A DNA stretch of 64,000 bases, taken from assembly GCA_044226015.1 (NCBI GenBank), contig JBGAHS010000005.1, positions 384,001-448,000 on the forward strand. Reading direction: 5' to 3'. The notes beneath the pieces are model-generated. The model was not told the origin of the DNA. It worked only from the letters and a program-made list of their open reading frames with translations, and did no database searches. Origin of the DNA: Candidatus Obscuribacteraceae bacterium. Lineage in GTDB: Bacteria; Cyanobacteriota; Vampirovibrionia; Obscuribacterales; Obscuribacteraceae. Shown here in pieces: positions 1-10,114 of the stretch (position 1 is the stretch's first letter; each line of letters starts with the position of its first letter). Made by a program: the position numbers and the translations under genes.

Positions 1-2
1 GA

Positions 3-131
3 ATGAGCAAGTCGACACGACACAAGTCGGGTTTCGTTCTTAATCGACCCAGGATATTGCGACTTCGTTCAGATCTAAGTGTCAACAAGGCTGACGCCCT
101 CGACAAGTTGAACCAATTTTGCGAACTATAG
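3..131 (+). CDS. 3' end of a probable ATP-dependent DNA ligase (partial, C-terminal OB domain)
   Basis: Frame 3 reads SKSTRHKSGFVLNRPRILRLRSDLSVNKADALDKL to TAG at 129-131. This resembles the ligase C-terminal motif SxRHKSGxxxRFPRIxRxRxD. Not in the ORF track. Confidence 0.6.
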   Translation: MSKSTRHKSGFVLNRPRILRLRSDLSVNKADALDKLNQFCEL

Positions 132-132
132 T

Positions 133-828
133 TTACTCTTTCTTTTCCGTGGCTTTGAGTAACTCAAAAACCTGAAGTCGAAGCTTTTCCATTTTTCCCA
201 TGTCATCGTGTATTTGCACGCTGAGTACGGCAACCTTCTTATTTCCTAGCTTCGATAATTGTTTCTTGTATCGATAAAGTTCCATATATCGTGCTTTCGC
301 ATCGGCGAAAGGTTGACGCATTTGATCCAGAAGTGCTATCGCCTGTGACTTCGTTGAATCTGGCATGACGAGAGCATCTACATAATCCGCATAGATTGGA
401 AAAAGGCTTGCCATCTGGTTCATGTAATAGTCAAACCATTGTTTTCTAATAGGCAAATAAGGACCAACTGCCATCACACCGGTTTCTGAAGGCATTGCAG
501 GAATTATGATGGTTCCAACGACTGAGGGATCACCAACTCCAATGTAATTTTGACGAGTTGCCTCTCCCATGAGTTCAAGAGAAGCACGCTCAATTTTCTT
601 TAAGCAGTCACCCATTTGACGCAATGCTTCAGCTGCTTCAACATCAATCGATTTAACAGATCCCGCGAGAGTTGCTGACGATGTTGCCGTTTGCGTTGTT
701 GAATTGCCTGGGGCGTCCCCGGTTTTTGTCGCTTGCTTTGTATTTGTGCCCGAGTCGCTAGCTAGCACCATCGGTGATGCCAGCAGATAGAAAGACCAGG
801 CTAAGAAGAGGCTTTTTTTGAAGTTCAT
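133..828 (-). CDS. Hypothetical secreted protein
   Basis: 231 aa ORF with an N-terminal signal-like segment and a T/S-rich linker; lies 6 bp downstream of hemH on the same strand. Confidence 0.7.
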   Translation of the reverse strand: MNFKKSLFLAWSFYLLASPMVLASDSGTNTKQATKTGDAPGNSTTQTATSSATLAGSVKSIDVEAAEALRQMGDCLKKIERASLELMGEATRQNYIGVGDPSVVGTIIIPAMPSETGVMAVGPYLPIRKQWFDYYMNQMASLFPIYADYVDALVMPDSTKSQAIALLDQMRQPFADAKARYMELYRYKKQLSKLGNKKVAVLSVQIHDDMGKMEKLRLQVFELLKATEKKE

Positions 829-834
829 TCTGCT

Positions 835-1884
835 TTATCCTTTACTTTCTTGTTTTGGTGCCATTGTGTGCATAGGTCTGCTTGCGCCGAGCGGGCAGCA
901 TTCAGGCGTGCAATTGTCCGGCAGAGCCCTGAGATTACCAATACAAGCAGCTTCCTTGCCTTCAATTCTTTCGACGATTAGCTCTCTAATCATTTGGATG
1001 AATTTTGGATTAGTACTTGCAGTGCTGGCTCGTTCGAATGTTATTTCTAATTCTTGAGCAAGGTTCTTCGCCTCATAATCGAGGTCGTAGATGACTTCCA
1101 TGTGATCCGAAATGAAACCAATTGGTGCCACTACCACGCTTTTGCAATTGTTTGACTTCAGTCGATTCAACACATCTAAAATGTCCGGTTCAAGCCAGGG
1201 AATTGTGGGAGGTCCACTTCTACTTTGATATGCCAACTCCCAATGATTTACGCCAGCTTTTTCGGCAATAAGTCTGGAAGCCTCTTGAAGTTGATTCGCG
1301 TATTCACAGCCGCTAGACATGCTGTTTGGAATACTATGGGCAGTGAAAACAACTCGTGTTTCCTTTTGCAAATCAGCAGGTATTTTATTCAATGCGTTTT
1401 GCAAGTGTTCAACATTGCATTCTATAAAAAGTGGATGATTAAAGAATGGTCGCAATTTGTCTACCTGTGCAGCGCCCTCACCAACGGCGTCTTGTGCGCG
1501 CTTGATGTCTTCTAAATATTGCTTGCAGCTTGAGTATGAACTGTACGCCGAGGTTACGAATGCGAGCACTTTCTTGATTCCATCTCGTTTCATTTCCTCG
1601 AAAGTGTCTTTGAGGAATGGGTGCCAATTTCTGTTACCCCAGTAGATGGGAAAATGAGGACCTTGTTTTTCGAGAACATCCTTTAGCGCTGCAATTATTC
1701 GCCTGTTCTGTTCGTTGATAGGACTCACTCCATCAAACATTTCGTAATGATGTGCCACCACTTTGAGTCGTTCTGGCGGAACGTTTCTTCCTCGCGTAAC
1801 GTTCTCCAGAAATGGCATAACATCTGCCATTCCTTCTGGTCCACCAAACGAAACAATTAGAATGGCATCATATGAGCTGGACAT
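835..1884 (-). CDS. hemH: Ferrochelatase
   Basis: Motifs SFGGPE, FTAHSIP, YQSRSGP..WLEPD, GFISDHMEVIYDLD. ATG at 1884 has GGAG upstream (the track starts at 1896). Confidence 0.95.
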   Translation of the reverse strand: MSSSYDAILIVSFGGPEGMADVMPFLENVTRGRNVPPERLKVVAHHYEMFDGVSPINEQNRRIIAALKDVLEKQGPHFPIYWGNRNWHPFLKDTFEEMKRDGIKKVLAFVTSAYSSYSSCKQYLEDIKRAQDAVGEGAAQVDKLRPFFNHPLFIECNVEHLQNALNKIPADLQKETRVVFTAHSIPNSMSSGCEYANQLQEASRLIAEKAGVNHWELAYQSRSGPPTIPWLEPDILDVLNRLKSNNCKSVVVAPIGFISDHMEVIYDLDYEAKNLAQELEITFERASTASTNPKFIQMIRELIVERIEGKEAACIGNLRALPDNCTPECCPLGASRPMHTMAPKQESKG

Positions 1885-1942
1885 GGAGTTCTCCAAAAGA
1901 AATTGTGATAGATCTGATCATGTATCTTGTGATAGGTGAGAA

Positions 1943-2329
1943 ATGCCAAGAGGAATCAAATCAGCGCTTTCGCTGTTAGCCATTTTAGCCGGATCTTGTG
2001 CTGCTGGCCTTGCTGCCGACAGCAGGTTTGCAGGTTATCTTATTGATAGGTCTTGTGCTGACAACATGAAAACACTTGTTGACTGTCAGGATATGCTGAA
2101 AGGTCATAAAAAAGAGTGTGCCCTCAATGAGTCGTGCAGCAAAGATGGTTATGCCATTTTCAGTAAAGGGAAGTGGTACAACCTCGACAAGAAGGGTAGC
2201 GAGCTAGCGAAAAATTTATTGAAGGCATCTCGCGCAAAAGAAGGACATTTCGTCATTGTGAACGGTAGTTCGGAAAAGGATGAAATCAAAGTGACTTCTC
2301 TGCGTGAACTTGCAAGCAACGATGACTAG
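1943..2329 (+). CDS. Small secreted Cys-containing hypothetical protein
   Basis: Signal peptide followed by GYLIDRSC...HKKECAL..SC. Confidence 0.7.
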   Translation: MPRGIKSALSLLAILAGSCAAGLAADSRFAGYLIDRSCADNMKTLVDCQDMLKGHKKECALNESCSKDGYAIFSKGKWYNLDKKGSELAKNLLKASRAKEGHFVIVNGSSEKDEIKVTSLRELASNDD

Positions 2330-2388
2330 GTAGCTTAGTCAGAGTCTGAACTCGCTGCGAATTAGTGGTGCTCAGGTTCCGTGCCGAT

Positions 2389-2427
2389 GATCTTCGGAAG
2401 GTCCTCGCCGATGACCTTCCGAGGATC
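2389..2427. terminator. Stem-loop between convergent genes
   Basis: GATCTTCGGAAGGTC / GACCTTCCGAGGATC, 15 bp stem with one G-U pair and a 9 nt loop; no clear U-tract. Confidence 0.5.
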
Positions 2428-2492
2428 CGACTGAACAATTCTCGCTGGGTCCAAAAAAATTGAAAGCAGGCTTTTGGCCTGCTTTCTGAACT

Positions 2493-4265
2493 TTATCGAT
2501 GCCTTGGTTGAGCATGAGGTTGCGCATGGGGCTGCACATGGGGTTGCACTCGTGGAGCCTGAGGGCGGGGCATTTCTCGCGGTTGTACATGAGGTTGAAC
2601 TCGCGGAGCCTGCTGTCTCGGAATTTCAGGACGTTGCGGCTGCATATGAGGTTGGACATGTGGCTGCTGTCTCGGAATTTCAGGACGTTGCGGCTGCATA
2701 TGTGGTTGGACATGTGGCTGTTGTCTTGGAATTTCAGGACGTTGCGGCTGATGTGGCTGTTGATGGTTATCGCGCGGTAGCTGCGGTTGTGGCTGTGTTC
2801 GCGGAATCTCAGGACGCTGCGGCTGATGTGGCTGTTGATGGTTATCGCGCGGTGGCCAGTTTGGCTGACCCGGGCGCGGCAGCGGGTTTTGTTGGTGATT
2901 GTCGCGCGGCGGAACGTTGGTTGGATTGTGTTGGTTCCAATTCTGATGTTGCTGCTGCCACTGCTGACGGTGCTGTTGCTCCTGCTGTTGGCGTTGCTGT
3001 AGTTCCCATTGGCGGCGCTGTGCGTCAGTCCAGTTGTGATTATTGTTGTTCCAATTTTGATTATTGTTGTTATTCCAGTTGTGGTTGTTGTTCCAGTTGT
3101 GGTTGTTGTTCCAGTTCTGATTATTGTTGTTATTCCAGTTGTGGTTGTTGTTCCAGTTCTGATTATTGTTGTAATTCCAATTGTGGTTGTTGTTCCAATT
3201 CTGCTGTTGCTGCTGCCACTGTCTTTGTTGTTGCCACTGTTGTTGCTGCTGCCACTGTTGTTGCTGCTGCCATTGGCGCTGTTGCCACTGTTGTTGTTGC
3301 CATTGCTGCTGCTGCCAGGCTTGTTGCTGCTGCAGGTTGTTGTAGTATCGATAATTGTTGTATTGGTTATTCCAATTATTGTTGTAGTTATTGCCAAAGA
3401 GCGCACGTCCAAGAACTAGCCCTATTGTGCCACCAACCATATTCGCAGGGTTGTTGTAGCCACCGGGATAGTAGCCGCCGCCTATAGGATAGCAACTGCC
3501 ACCAGGGTAATAGTTGCCGCCAGGATAGTAGCTGCCACCAGGGTAATAACTGCCTGGATAACAGGAACCCGGATAATATCTGTTTCCACCAAGCGCGCTA
3601 GCCAGAATGCCACCAAGTACTGCATTGCCCACGTTGCTGCCGATGATGCGACCATCATTGCAGCTGCTAACGCAACTACTAGTGCTTACACAGTCACTAC
3701 TATATGGTTGCTGATACGTGCGGGTGTAGTCTGTGACAGGGGCGCAGTTTGTGTCTATTTGCTGCGGAATATAAGTTGAATCTGTTTGGGTCGGAACAGC
3801 AGGGACATTGTAGCTTGTGTCTTGCTGCGGATAAGTGGTTTGTGGAACCGGAGCCGCTGGCAATTCCGTTGGCGCCTGCATTCTGAGGTCTTGTCCTTGT
3901 TGTAGCTGAGAATATACGCTAGGGTCAATTCTCAGGCTCTGCAAAATTTGAATCTGGCTGGCGTCCATGTTTCCGATAGCGACGGAGGGCGCGAAACTCG
4001 GCGCCGGTTGAGCAGTCTGACTCTGCGGAATTGTTTCCGGTGCCGTTGCTGGCAGATTGGATGGTGCTGTCTCGGGCGGGGACGCTTGAAGATCAGGCGG
4101 AACTGCCTCTGGCGGTGCTGCTTGCACATTGGGCGGTACGTCTGTCTTTACTGCATTTTGATCTGTAGAAACCCTTCCACTGAACAGGTCACTAAAAATC
4201 TGACTTTCATAATTAGGAACTTCGGCTGTAGGAACAGAACCCTCGGACGAATCAATAGGCGACAT
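2493..4265 (-). CDS. Low-complexity Q/N/P-rich repeat protein
   Basis: 590 aa with YYPG, WQQQQ, NWNNNH and QPQRPEIPR repeats. GGAG RBS upstream. It is the longest frame across the repeat. Confidence 0.75.
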   Translation of the reverse strand: MSPIDSSEGSVPTAEVPNYESQIFSDLFSGRVSTDQNAVKTDVPPNVQAAPPEAVPPDLQASPPETAPSNLPATAPETIPQSQTAQPAPSFAPSVAIGNMDASQIQILQSLRIDPSVYSQLQQGQDLRMQAPTELPAAPVPQTTYPQQDTSYNVPAVPTQTDSTYIPQQIDTNCAPVTDYTRTYQQPYSSDCVSTSSCVSSCNDGRIIGSNVGNAVLGGILASALGGNRYYPGSCYPGSYYPGGSYYPGGNYYPGGSCYPIGGGYYPGGYNNPANMVGGTIGLVLGRALFGNNYNNNWNNQYNNYRYYNNLQQQQAWQQQQWQQQQWQQRQWQQQQQWQQQQQWQQQRQWQQQQQNWNNNHNWNYNNNQNWNNNHNWNNNNNQNWNNNHNWNNNHNWNNNNNQNWNNNNHNWTDAQRRQWELQQRQQQEQQHRQQWQQQHQNWNQHNPTNVPPRDNHQQNPLPRPGQPNWPPRDNHQQPHQPQRPEIPRTQPQPQLPRDNHQQPHQPQRPEIPRQQPHVQPHMQPQRPEIPRQQPHVQPHMQPQRPEIPRQQAPRVQPHVQPREMPRPQAPRVQPHVQPHAQPHAQPRHR

Positions 4266-4538
4266 AGAGCCATCTCCGCAACATGGATAACCTGATGTTG
4301 CCAGCTCAATTTCCCTTCACCCTCCCTTATTGAAGGAGAATTGTGCTTTCAGAGCAATGGGAATACCACCACGCCCATGCCCCTGCCGGCGGAAATGTCT
4401 CGTCTCATCATTGCCCTGTGGGAATTCCGAGATTCTGCTGAGAAGATTTGCCATTTTAAAATTTCGCTTATCAATCTATACCCTGTGTCTATTCCTGAAT
4501 GCTAGAATCACACCTGAAGGTTTGTGCTGGGAGGCACG

Positions 4539-5324
4539 ATGAGACTTACTGAAAAAGCTTTACTGGGTTTCTTAGGTCTATTCATGGGCGTTTCCAGCGC
4601 TGCGCCGGTTCTGGCTGAGCCGGGATGGGCTTTGAATCAAGCTGCCAGAGGCGGAGCTGCCCTTAGCGGAAGCATGACCGTTTATGTTACTGCCAACGGG
4701 CTTCGTACATATGAGCCAAAAAATGGTGTCAGTTTGATGACGCATGGTCCCAACTGGAACGTATACATTTACAACTCCAAGACCAAACGCATGTTTAGTA
4801 GCCAATTGCAGCCCTGGCTCTCCTCTTTCAAGACCAGAAATCTGGTCGGAAGGTTTGAAGGCGCTCACTGGCGCAGAGGCAACCAGGGGGTAGTGGCACG
4901 AGTGAGAGCCTATGAGTTTGTAATGGACAAACCACCACCCATCAAGACAAATTCCAAAGCGCTAAATGGAAAAATTAGACCCGTTGGACAGATGCAGACG
5001 GCAAGTCTCTGGCTTGCTTCTGACATTGCTACACCACCTCAGGTGTCCGACATTCTCTGTAAAATCTACGGAATTCCTGATAGCCAGCGCATTCCACTTC
5101 GCTTAACTGCAGTTGAAGACAACAGGCAGAATACACTTGTAGATACAATGAGCTGTGTGCAGCAGAACATTCCTGATAGTGTCTTTGCGGTGCCAGGCGG
5201 AATGACCATGGTGAAACAAGATTCCGATGTGTTCATCGATCAAGAAAGCATGGATACACTCGATGAAATGTTGCAGGACCTCGACTCGCCGTCACCAAAA
5301 CGCAGACCAGGAGCTCGTAGATAA
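4539..5324 (+). CDS. Secreted hypothetical protein (DUF4412-like layout)
   Basis: GGAGG RBS before ATG 4539; signal peptide; ends its folded region with IPDSVFAVP. Confidence 0.7.
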   Translation: MRLTEKALLGFLGLFMGVSSAAPVLAEPGWALNQAARGGAALSGSMTVYVTANGLRTYEPKNGVSLMTHGPNWNVYIYNSKTKRMFSSQLQPWLSSFKTRNLVGRFEGAHWRRGNQGVVARVRAYEFVMDKPPPIKTNSKALNGKIRPVGQMQTASLWLASDIATPPQVSDILCKIYGIPDSQRIPLRLTAVEDNRQNTLVDTMSCVQQNIPDSVFAVPGGMTMVKQDSDVFIDQESMDTLDEMLQDLDSPSPKRRPGARR

Positions 5325-5386
5325 GCATTTTGTACTAGTGCGAAAAAGGCTTGAACAGCCATTTTCTCAGGAATTTGAATTAACAT

Positions 5387-5420
5387 AGCGAAGCGAATTA
5401 ACGCTTCGCTTTTGTTTTTT
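5387..5420 (+). terminator. Rho-independent terminator
   Basis: AGCGAAGCG-aattaa-CGCTTCGCT followed by TTTGTTTTTT, overlapping the ABC-F stop codon. Confidence 0.6.
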
Positions 5421-7014
5421 GTTCCGCTCCACCGACGTTGGATTTGAGAAATTCCTCGTATGGTCCGCGGAAATCGATAAGTCCATTTGGAGTAAATGCC
5501 AAAATTCTTGTCGCAACTTCTGATACCAGATCCCTATCATGGGAAACAATAAACACATTGCCGGGGAACGAAGTAAGCCCCTCAGCCAGAGCGGAAACTG
5601 ATTCGAGATCCAGGTGGTTCGTGGGCTCATCCATTACAAGAATTGGTTTCTTCACGAGCATCATTCGAGCGAGTAAGAGCCTTGCACTTTCTCCACCAGA
5701 AAGTCCTTCAGTCGGTTTGAGCGCATCTTCACCCGAGAACAGCATTCTTCCGAGCAGTCCGCGAACGTGCTGCTGCCCTTCGCCGTGTTCATATTGCATC
5801 AACCAGTCTAGAGCTGTCGAGCCTGGTGTAATTGCATGCATGTGATCTTGAGGGTAATAATTCCATTCACCCTCGGCACCAAAACCCCATTGGATAGACC
5901 CTTCATCACTCTCGAGTTCACCAATTATGCAACGCACCAGTGTTGTTTTGCCTGCTCCGTTTGGTCCGATTATCGCGATTTTTTCACCTCGCATAATTTC
6001 CAGGTTCAGATGCTTGAAGATAACTTTGTCATCAAAAGACTTTGATAGGTCTCTGATTTGAACGGTTTCCTTTCCAGCTTGCTTTTCCTGTTCAAAGCGA
6101 ATAAACGGACGCTGAATGTTTGATCTTTTTAGCTCGGTCATTCCAAGCCGCTGAATCTCTTTCTTTCTTGATTGAACCTGGCTTGCTCTCTGACCCGCAC
6201 CGAATCTTGCGATAAACTCCTGCAACTGTGCGATTTTCTTTGCCTTGTCTTTATTGCTTGATTCGATTTGCTGCCGTGCCTGTATCTTCTGGTCGACCAT
6301 GTCGTCGTAGTTACCAGGGTAATCAATGATGGTCTGGTAGTCGATGTCTGCGATGTGCGTGCAAACTGAATTGAGGAAGTGTCTGTCATGTGAAATAACT
6401 ACCAGTGTGCCCTGATAATTTTTCAAGAATTCTTCCAGCCAGCCAATTGTTTGAAGATCCAAATGGTTTGTAGGTTCATCTAACAACAATGCGTCAGGTT
6501 CGCCGAAAAGTGCCTGCGCCAGCAAAACTCTGAACTTGTAGTCTGTTTGAAGAGTGCTCATCAGGTCATAGTGCTGCTCTTCCAAAATGCCGATGCCGCG
6601 CAAAATCTCGCCAGCTTCAAATTCGGCCATGTAGCCATTCTCGTCGGCGATAACTGTTTCGAGTTCGGTGAGTCTGGTTATTTCTGATTCGGAGTGTTCA
6701 GATTTTTCGCAAAGTTTGTCGCGCTCTTGCATCGCTTTCCAGAGCACTTTGTTGCCATAGATTACGGCATCGATGATTCTCATATCATCAAAGGCATACT
6801 GATCTTGTCTCAGAATGCCCACCTTGCGAGGGCGGCTAATTACGCCTTCGTTTGTTGCGTCATCTTCGCCCGTCAAAATGCGCATGAAGGTAGACTTACC
6901 AGCACCATTGGGACCTGTGAGTCCATATCTGTTTCCAGGGCTGAAGACCACGTTTACGTTTTCAAAAAGAACGCTTGAACCGTAACGTTTAGTGACATTG
7001 CTAACTGTAATCAT
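5398..7014 (-). CDS. ABC-F family ATPase (YbiT-like)
   Basis: Two ABC domains (GPNGAGKS, GPNGAGKT, LLDEPTNHLD, LSGGE) and no transmembrane segments. Confidence 0.93.
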   Translation of the reverse strand: MITVSNVTKRYGSSVLFENVNVVFSPGNRYGLTGPNGAGKSTFMRILTGEDDATNEGVISRPRKVGILRQDQYAFDDMRIIDAVIYGNKVLWKAMQERDKLCEKSEHSESEITRLTELETVIADENGYMAEFEAGEILRGIGILEEQHYDLMSTLQTDYKFRVLLAQALFGEPDALLLDEPTNHLDLQTIGWLEEFLKNYQGTLVVISHDRHFLNSVCTHIADIDYQTIIDYPGNYDDMVDQKIQARQQIESSNKDKAKKIAQLQEFIARFGAGQRASQVQSRKKEIQRLGMTELKRSNIQRPFIRFEQEKQAGKETVQIRDLSKSFDDKVIFKHLNLEIMRGEKIAIIGPNGAGKTTLVRCIIGELESDEGSIQWGFGAEGEWNYYPQDHMHAITPGSTALDWLMQYEHGEGQQHVRGLLGRMLFSGEDALKPTEGLSGGESARLLLARMMLVKKPILVMDEPTNHLDLESVSALAEGLTSFPGNVFIVSHDRDLVSEVATRILAFTPNGLIDFRGPYEEFLKSNVGGAEQKTKAKR

Positions 7015-7203
7015 GCTGTTCCGACGAATAAGGGACGAGTGGCTAATTATATCCTGACATTGTTGGGAGAAGCACAGATTTGCTTGCTTTCTCTTAATGC
7101 TTGAATTCTAGAAAACAACCGAACTGCGCAGTGTATGCGATTCGGGCCTTAAAATGGTACCGAATCTGGTAGCACTTTTTTGCGAGTTTTATTTGCTTCC
7201 TTG

Positions 7204-7506
7204 CTATTCAGGTTCGCTAACCATGCGCATTACATTCAAGTCTGTCGGACCTTCGAATAGGTCTTGGGCTTGCGCACGCAGGTCAAGGAAATGGCGGGTA
7301 TTGAAATGATTGTCGAGCGCCATTTTGCTTACCCAGTTCTCATAAAACAAAAATACTGAGGGGTCTTGATCATCTACGTGTAGGTCATAGTTAATGCAGC
7401 CCTTTTCTTTCCTGGTTTCTTCAACCATGTGAAGCAGGACCTTCTTGACTTTGTCTTCCATTCCGGCTTTTGCCTTCAGCTTGGCTACAACAGTCACTTT
7501 TTGCAT
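7204..7506 (-). CDS. Antibiotic biosynthesis monooxygenase (putative quinol monooxygenase) family protein
   Basis: TRKEKGCINYDLH...FYENW...H pattern in a 100 aa protein. Confidence 0.88.
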   Translation of the reverse strand: MQKVTVVAKLKAKAGMEDKVKKVLLHMVEETRKEKGCINYDLHVDDQDPSVFLFYENWVSKMALDNHFNTRHFLDLRAQAQDLFEGPTDLNVMRMVSEPE

Positions 7507-7580
7507 CTCGTTTTCCTCAATTTCAAATTCGTTCAGGCGGAATCACTATAAAATACCTGGATTAACATCTGGAGGATCAT

Positions 7581-9296
7581 ATGAAGGCAATCTCGATTGC
7601 AATTTTCATGTGCATTTTTGTGCTCGGTTCAGTCCTTCCGGCTCATGCTGACTCAGATCAGCAAACTCATGCTGACATAGTTCTTGTAAACGGTTCCATT
7701 TACACAATGGATTCTTCGAGAAGGTGGGCGCAGGCTGTGGCAATAAGCAATGGGCGAATTGCTTTTGTTGGAACTGACCAGGACGCTGTTCGATTTGCTG
7801 GTCCTCTGAGTAATGTTGTGAACTTGCATGGAAAAATGGTGCTTCCTGGCTTTATCGACTCGCATATCCATCCTATTGACGGAGAAATCGAGGAAAGCGG
7901 GCTTTGTCTGAACGACTACGAAAGCGTTGATTCGATTAAGAGAGTAATTAAAGAATACGCAAAAGAGCACCCTGACGATAAGTGGATTATTGGAGCGGGT
8001 TGGTCCTTGCCGACTTTTGGACCCGCCGGCCCTGGCAAGATGTTGCTTGATGAACTGGTTCCTGATCGTCCTGCCTTTATCCGCTCGCAGGATGGGCACT
8101 CAGCCTGGGCTAATTCCAGAGCCCTGGAAATGTCTGGCGTTAAAGAACTCACGCCAGACCCTAAGGGGGGACGAATAGAAAGACTTGCTGATGGTAAAGA
8201 GCCCTCGGGCTGTTTGCGTGAGTCTGCTTGCGAGTTGATTTCTGTGCTTACACCAAAGCCAAGCGCAGATGAATATCGAGAAGCGGCTTTGAAAGTTCAA
8301 AAGCGCCTCAATGCATTTGGTATTACTGGTGTGCAAGATGCCTGTGCGAGTGAGGACGAGCTCAAGGCATACGCCAGTCTAGATGATTCCAATCTGCTTT
8401 CCATGCGTGTGAGCGCTGCGATGATGTTGCGCGCTGATAAGGGCGAAGAGCAAATCAAGGCATTCAAGGACTTTCGTGACAAATATGATGGAAACGGGCT
8501 GACGGTGAGAGCCGTAAAGATTTTTGCCGATGGTGTCATCGAGTCGAAGACTGCTGCCATGCTGGAACCATATTTGGGTGGTGATGGAAAAGAATTGGGA
8601 ATTCTTGAGTTCGCCCCTAATTTGTTCAAATGGTACGCATGTAAGCTTGATGACGCGGGCTTTCAGATTCACGTTCATGCAATTGGTGATAGAGCTGTGC
8701 GCACCGCCCTTGATGCCATCGAAATTGCACAACGTCTGAATGGACGTTCTGACAAACGCCACCACATAGCCCATCTTGAACTAATTGATGCTAAGGACAT
8801 TAATAGATTTCGAGATGCTAATATAACGGCCAATTTTCAATCATTTTGGGCTTTTAGAGATGATTACATTAGCAAGTTGACTGAGCCCATTCTGGGACCT
8901 GAACGCTGCAAGCACCTCTATCCGATTAACAGTCTCTTGAAGTCTGGCGCCACTGTGGTCGGTGGCAGCGATTGGAATGTGACGACTGCAAATCCACTAG
9001 ATGCTATTCAGGTTGCTGTAACTCGTTGTGGACTAAATGAAACTGCAGATAAAGTATTTTTGCCGGAAGAAAGAGCTTCTCTGCCTGAAATACTCGCGGC
9101 TTACACAATCAACGGTGCCTGGCTTGGACATTGGGAAAGAGAAACAGGCTCTATAGAAGCCGGTAAAAGTGCCGATTTGATCATTCTCGACAAAAACTTG
9201 TTTTCTATAGATCCAAAAGAGATACACAATACGAAAGTGCTATGGACTCTTTTCAAAGGAAGAGTTGTACATCGTGATCCCAACTTCGAGATGTAG
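7581..9296 (+). CDS. Secreted metal-dependent amidohydrolase (Amidohydro_3, YtcJ-like)
   Basis: PGFIDSHIH, DGHSAWANS, VKIFADG, HAIGDRA, GSIEAGKSADL; signal peptide. Confidence 0.92.
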   Translation: MKAISIAIFMCIFVLGSVLPAHADSDQQTHADIVLVNGSIYTMDSSRRWAQAVAISNGRIAFVGTDQDAVRFAGPLSNVVNLHGKMVLPGFIDSHIHPIDGEIEESGLCLNDYESVDSIKRVIKEYAKEHPDDKWIIGAGWSLPTFGPAGPGKMLLDELVPDRPAFIRSQDGHSAWANSRALEMSGVKELTPDPKGGRIERLADGKEPSGCLRESACELISVLTPKPSADEYREAALKVQKRLNAFGITGVQDACASEDELKAYASLDDSNLLSMRVSAAMMLRADKGEEQIKAFKDFRDKYDGNGLTVRAVKIFADGVIESKTAAMLEPYLGGDGKELGILEFAPNLFKWYACKLDDAGFQIHVHAIGDRAVRTALDAIEIAQRLNGRSDKRHHIAHLELIDAKDINRFRDANITANFQSFWAFRDDYISKLTEPILGPERCKHLYPINSLLKSGATVVGGSDWNVTTANPLDAIQVAVTRCGLNETADKVFLPEERASLPEILAAYTINGAWLGHWERETGSIEAGKSADLIILDKNLFSIDPKEIHNTKVLWTLFKGRVVHRDPNFEM

Positions 9297-9522
9297 ATTG
9301 TTTGTCGTCGGGTGATAGAAGTACTTGTAACTTTTCCCGGAGTTCTTCAAAGACATTCATTTCGTTGGCTAGCTAACATTTCTTTTGGAACATACTTTGC
9401 AGTGTGGCGTCTGCTTTGTGGGACGGGCTTGTCTTCCACTAGCTTGTTCAATGTATACGTAAGTGAATTCGTTTGAATTCGCGCGTTTTATGCTGGTCAA
9501 TTTTATAAAAGAGGAATTTTCT

Positions 9523-10083
9523 ATGAATAATAGAACTCGTTTTGCCGCTCATAATTTTTCGAGAATGAGCAAGCTTTTTCTGGCGCTTGCGTTTATTTCA
9601 AATCTAGCTTCTGCCGACGCCCTAGCTGCAGATTCACCCAAGGCGCCTGCTCAGTCTGTCTCGGTTAAAATGGGCTATTTCAATCTGTTTCAAGTAAAGG
9701 CAGCTTATCCCGAGTCAGCTGCTAGCACTGCTCTGGAAGAAAAGGCTAAGGAGATGCTTCGCCGTGCAGTAGAAGATGCGAATAAGCAGTTAGAAGAAAT
9801 GCAAAAAGCAAATAAGCCAAAAGAGGAGATCGAAAAGAAAAAAAACGATCTCCAAATAGAAATTTCAGCCAAGCAACAAGCACTTGCTCAGCTGCTTTCA
9901 GCTAATGCGTCTGAAGCAAATAGAGCCATTGCTGGTGCAGTTGGCACTGTGGCAAAAGAGAAAGGGCTTGACCTTGTAATTGATGGAGCTGGAATTTTTG
10001 CTGGTGGCGAAAAATTCATCAGTAGTGGAGAAGATGTTACTGACGCGATAATCAAAAAGTTGAATCCTGCTCTCATTCACTAG
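9523..10083 (+). CDS. OmpH/Skp family periplasmic chaperone
   Basis: KMGYFN start, coiled-coil body, VAKEKGLDLVID and EDVTDAII. GAGG RBS before ATG 9523. Confidence 0.8.
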   Translation: MNNRTRFAAHNFSRMSKLFLALAFISNLASADALAADSPKAPAQSVSVKMGYFNLFQVKAAYPESAASTALEEKAKEMLRRAVEDANKQLEEMQKANKPKEEIEKKKNDLQIEISAKQQALAQLLSANASEANRAIAGAVGTVAKEKGLDLVIDGAGIFAGGEKFISSGEDVTDAIIKKLNPALIH

Positions 10084-10114
10084 TTGAATTGAACAGTTAC
10101 GGCGTAGCAAGTGA

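Noticed and set aside
2372..3487. Long alternative ORFs (2372-3412 minus, 2474-3487 plus, 3009-3419 plus)
   Set aside because: Shadow frames kept open by CAR/AAY codon repeats of the 590 aa gene.
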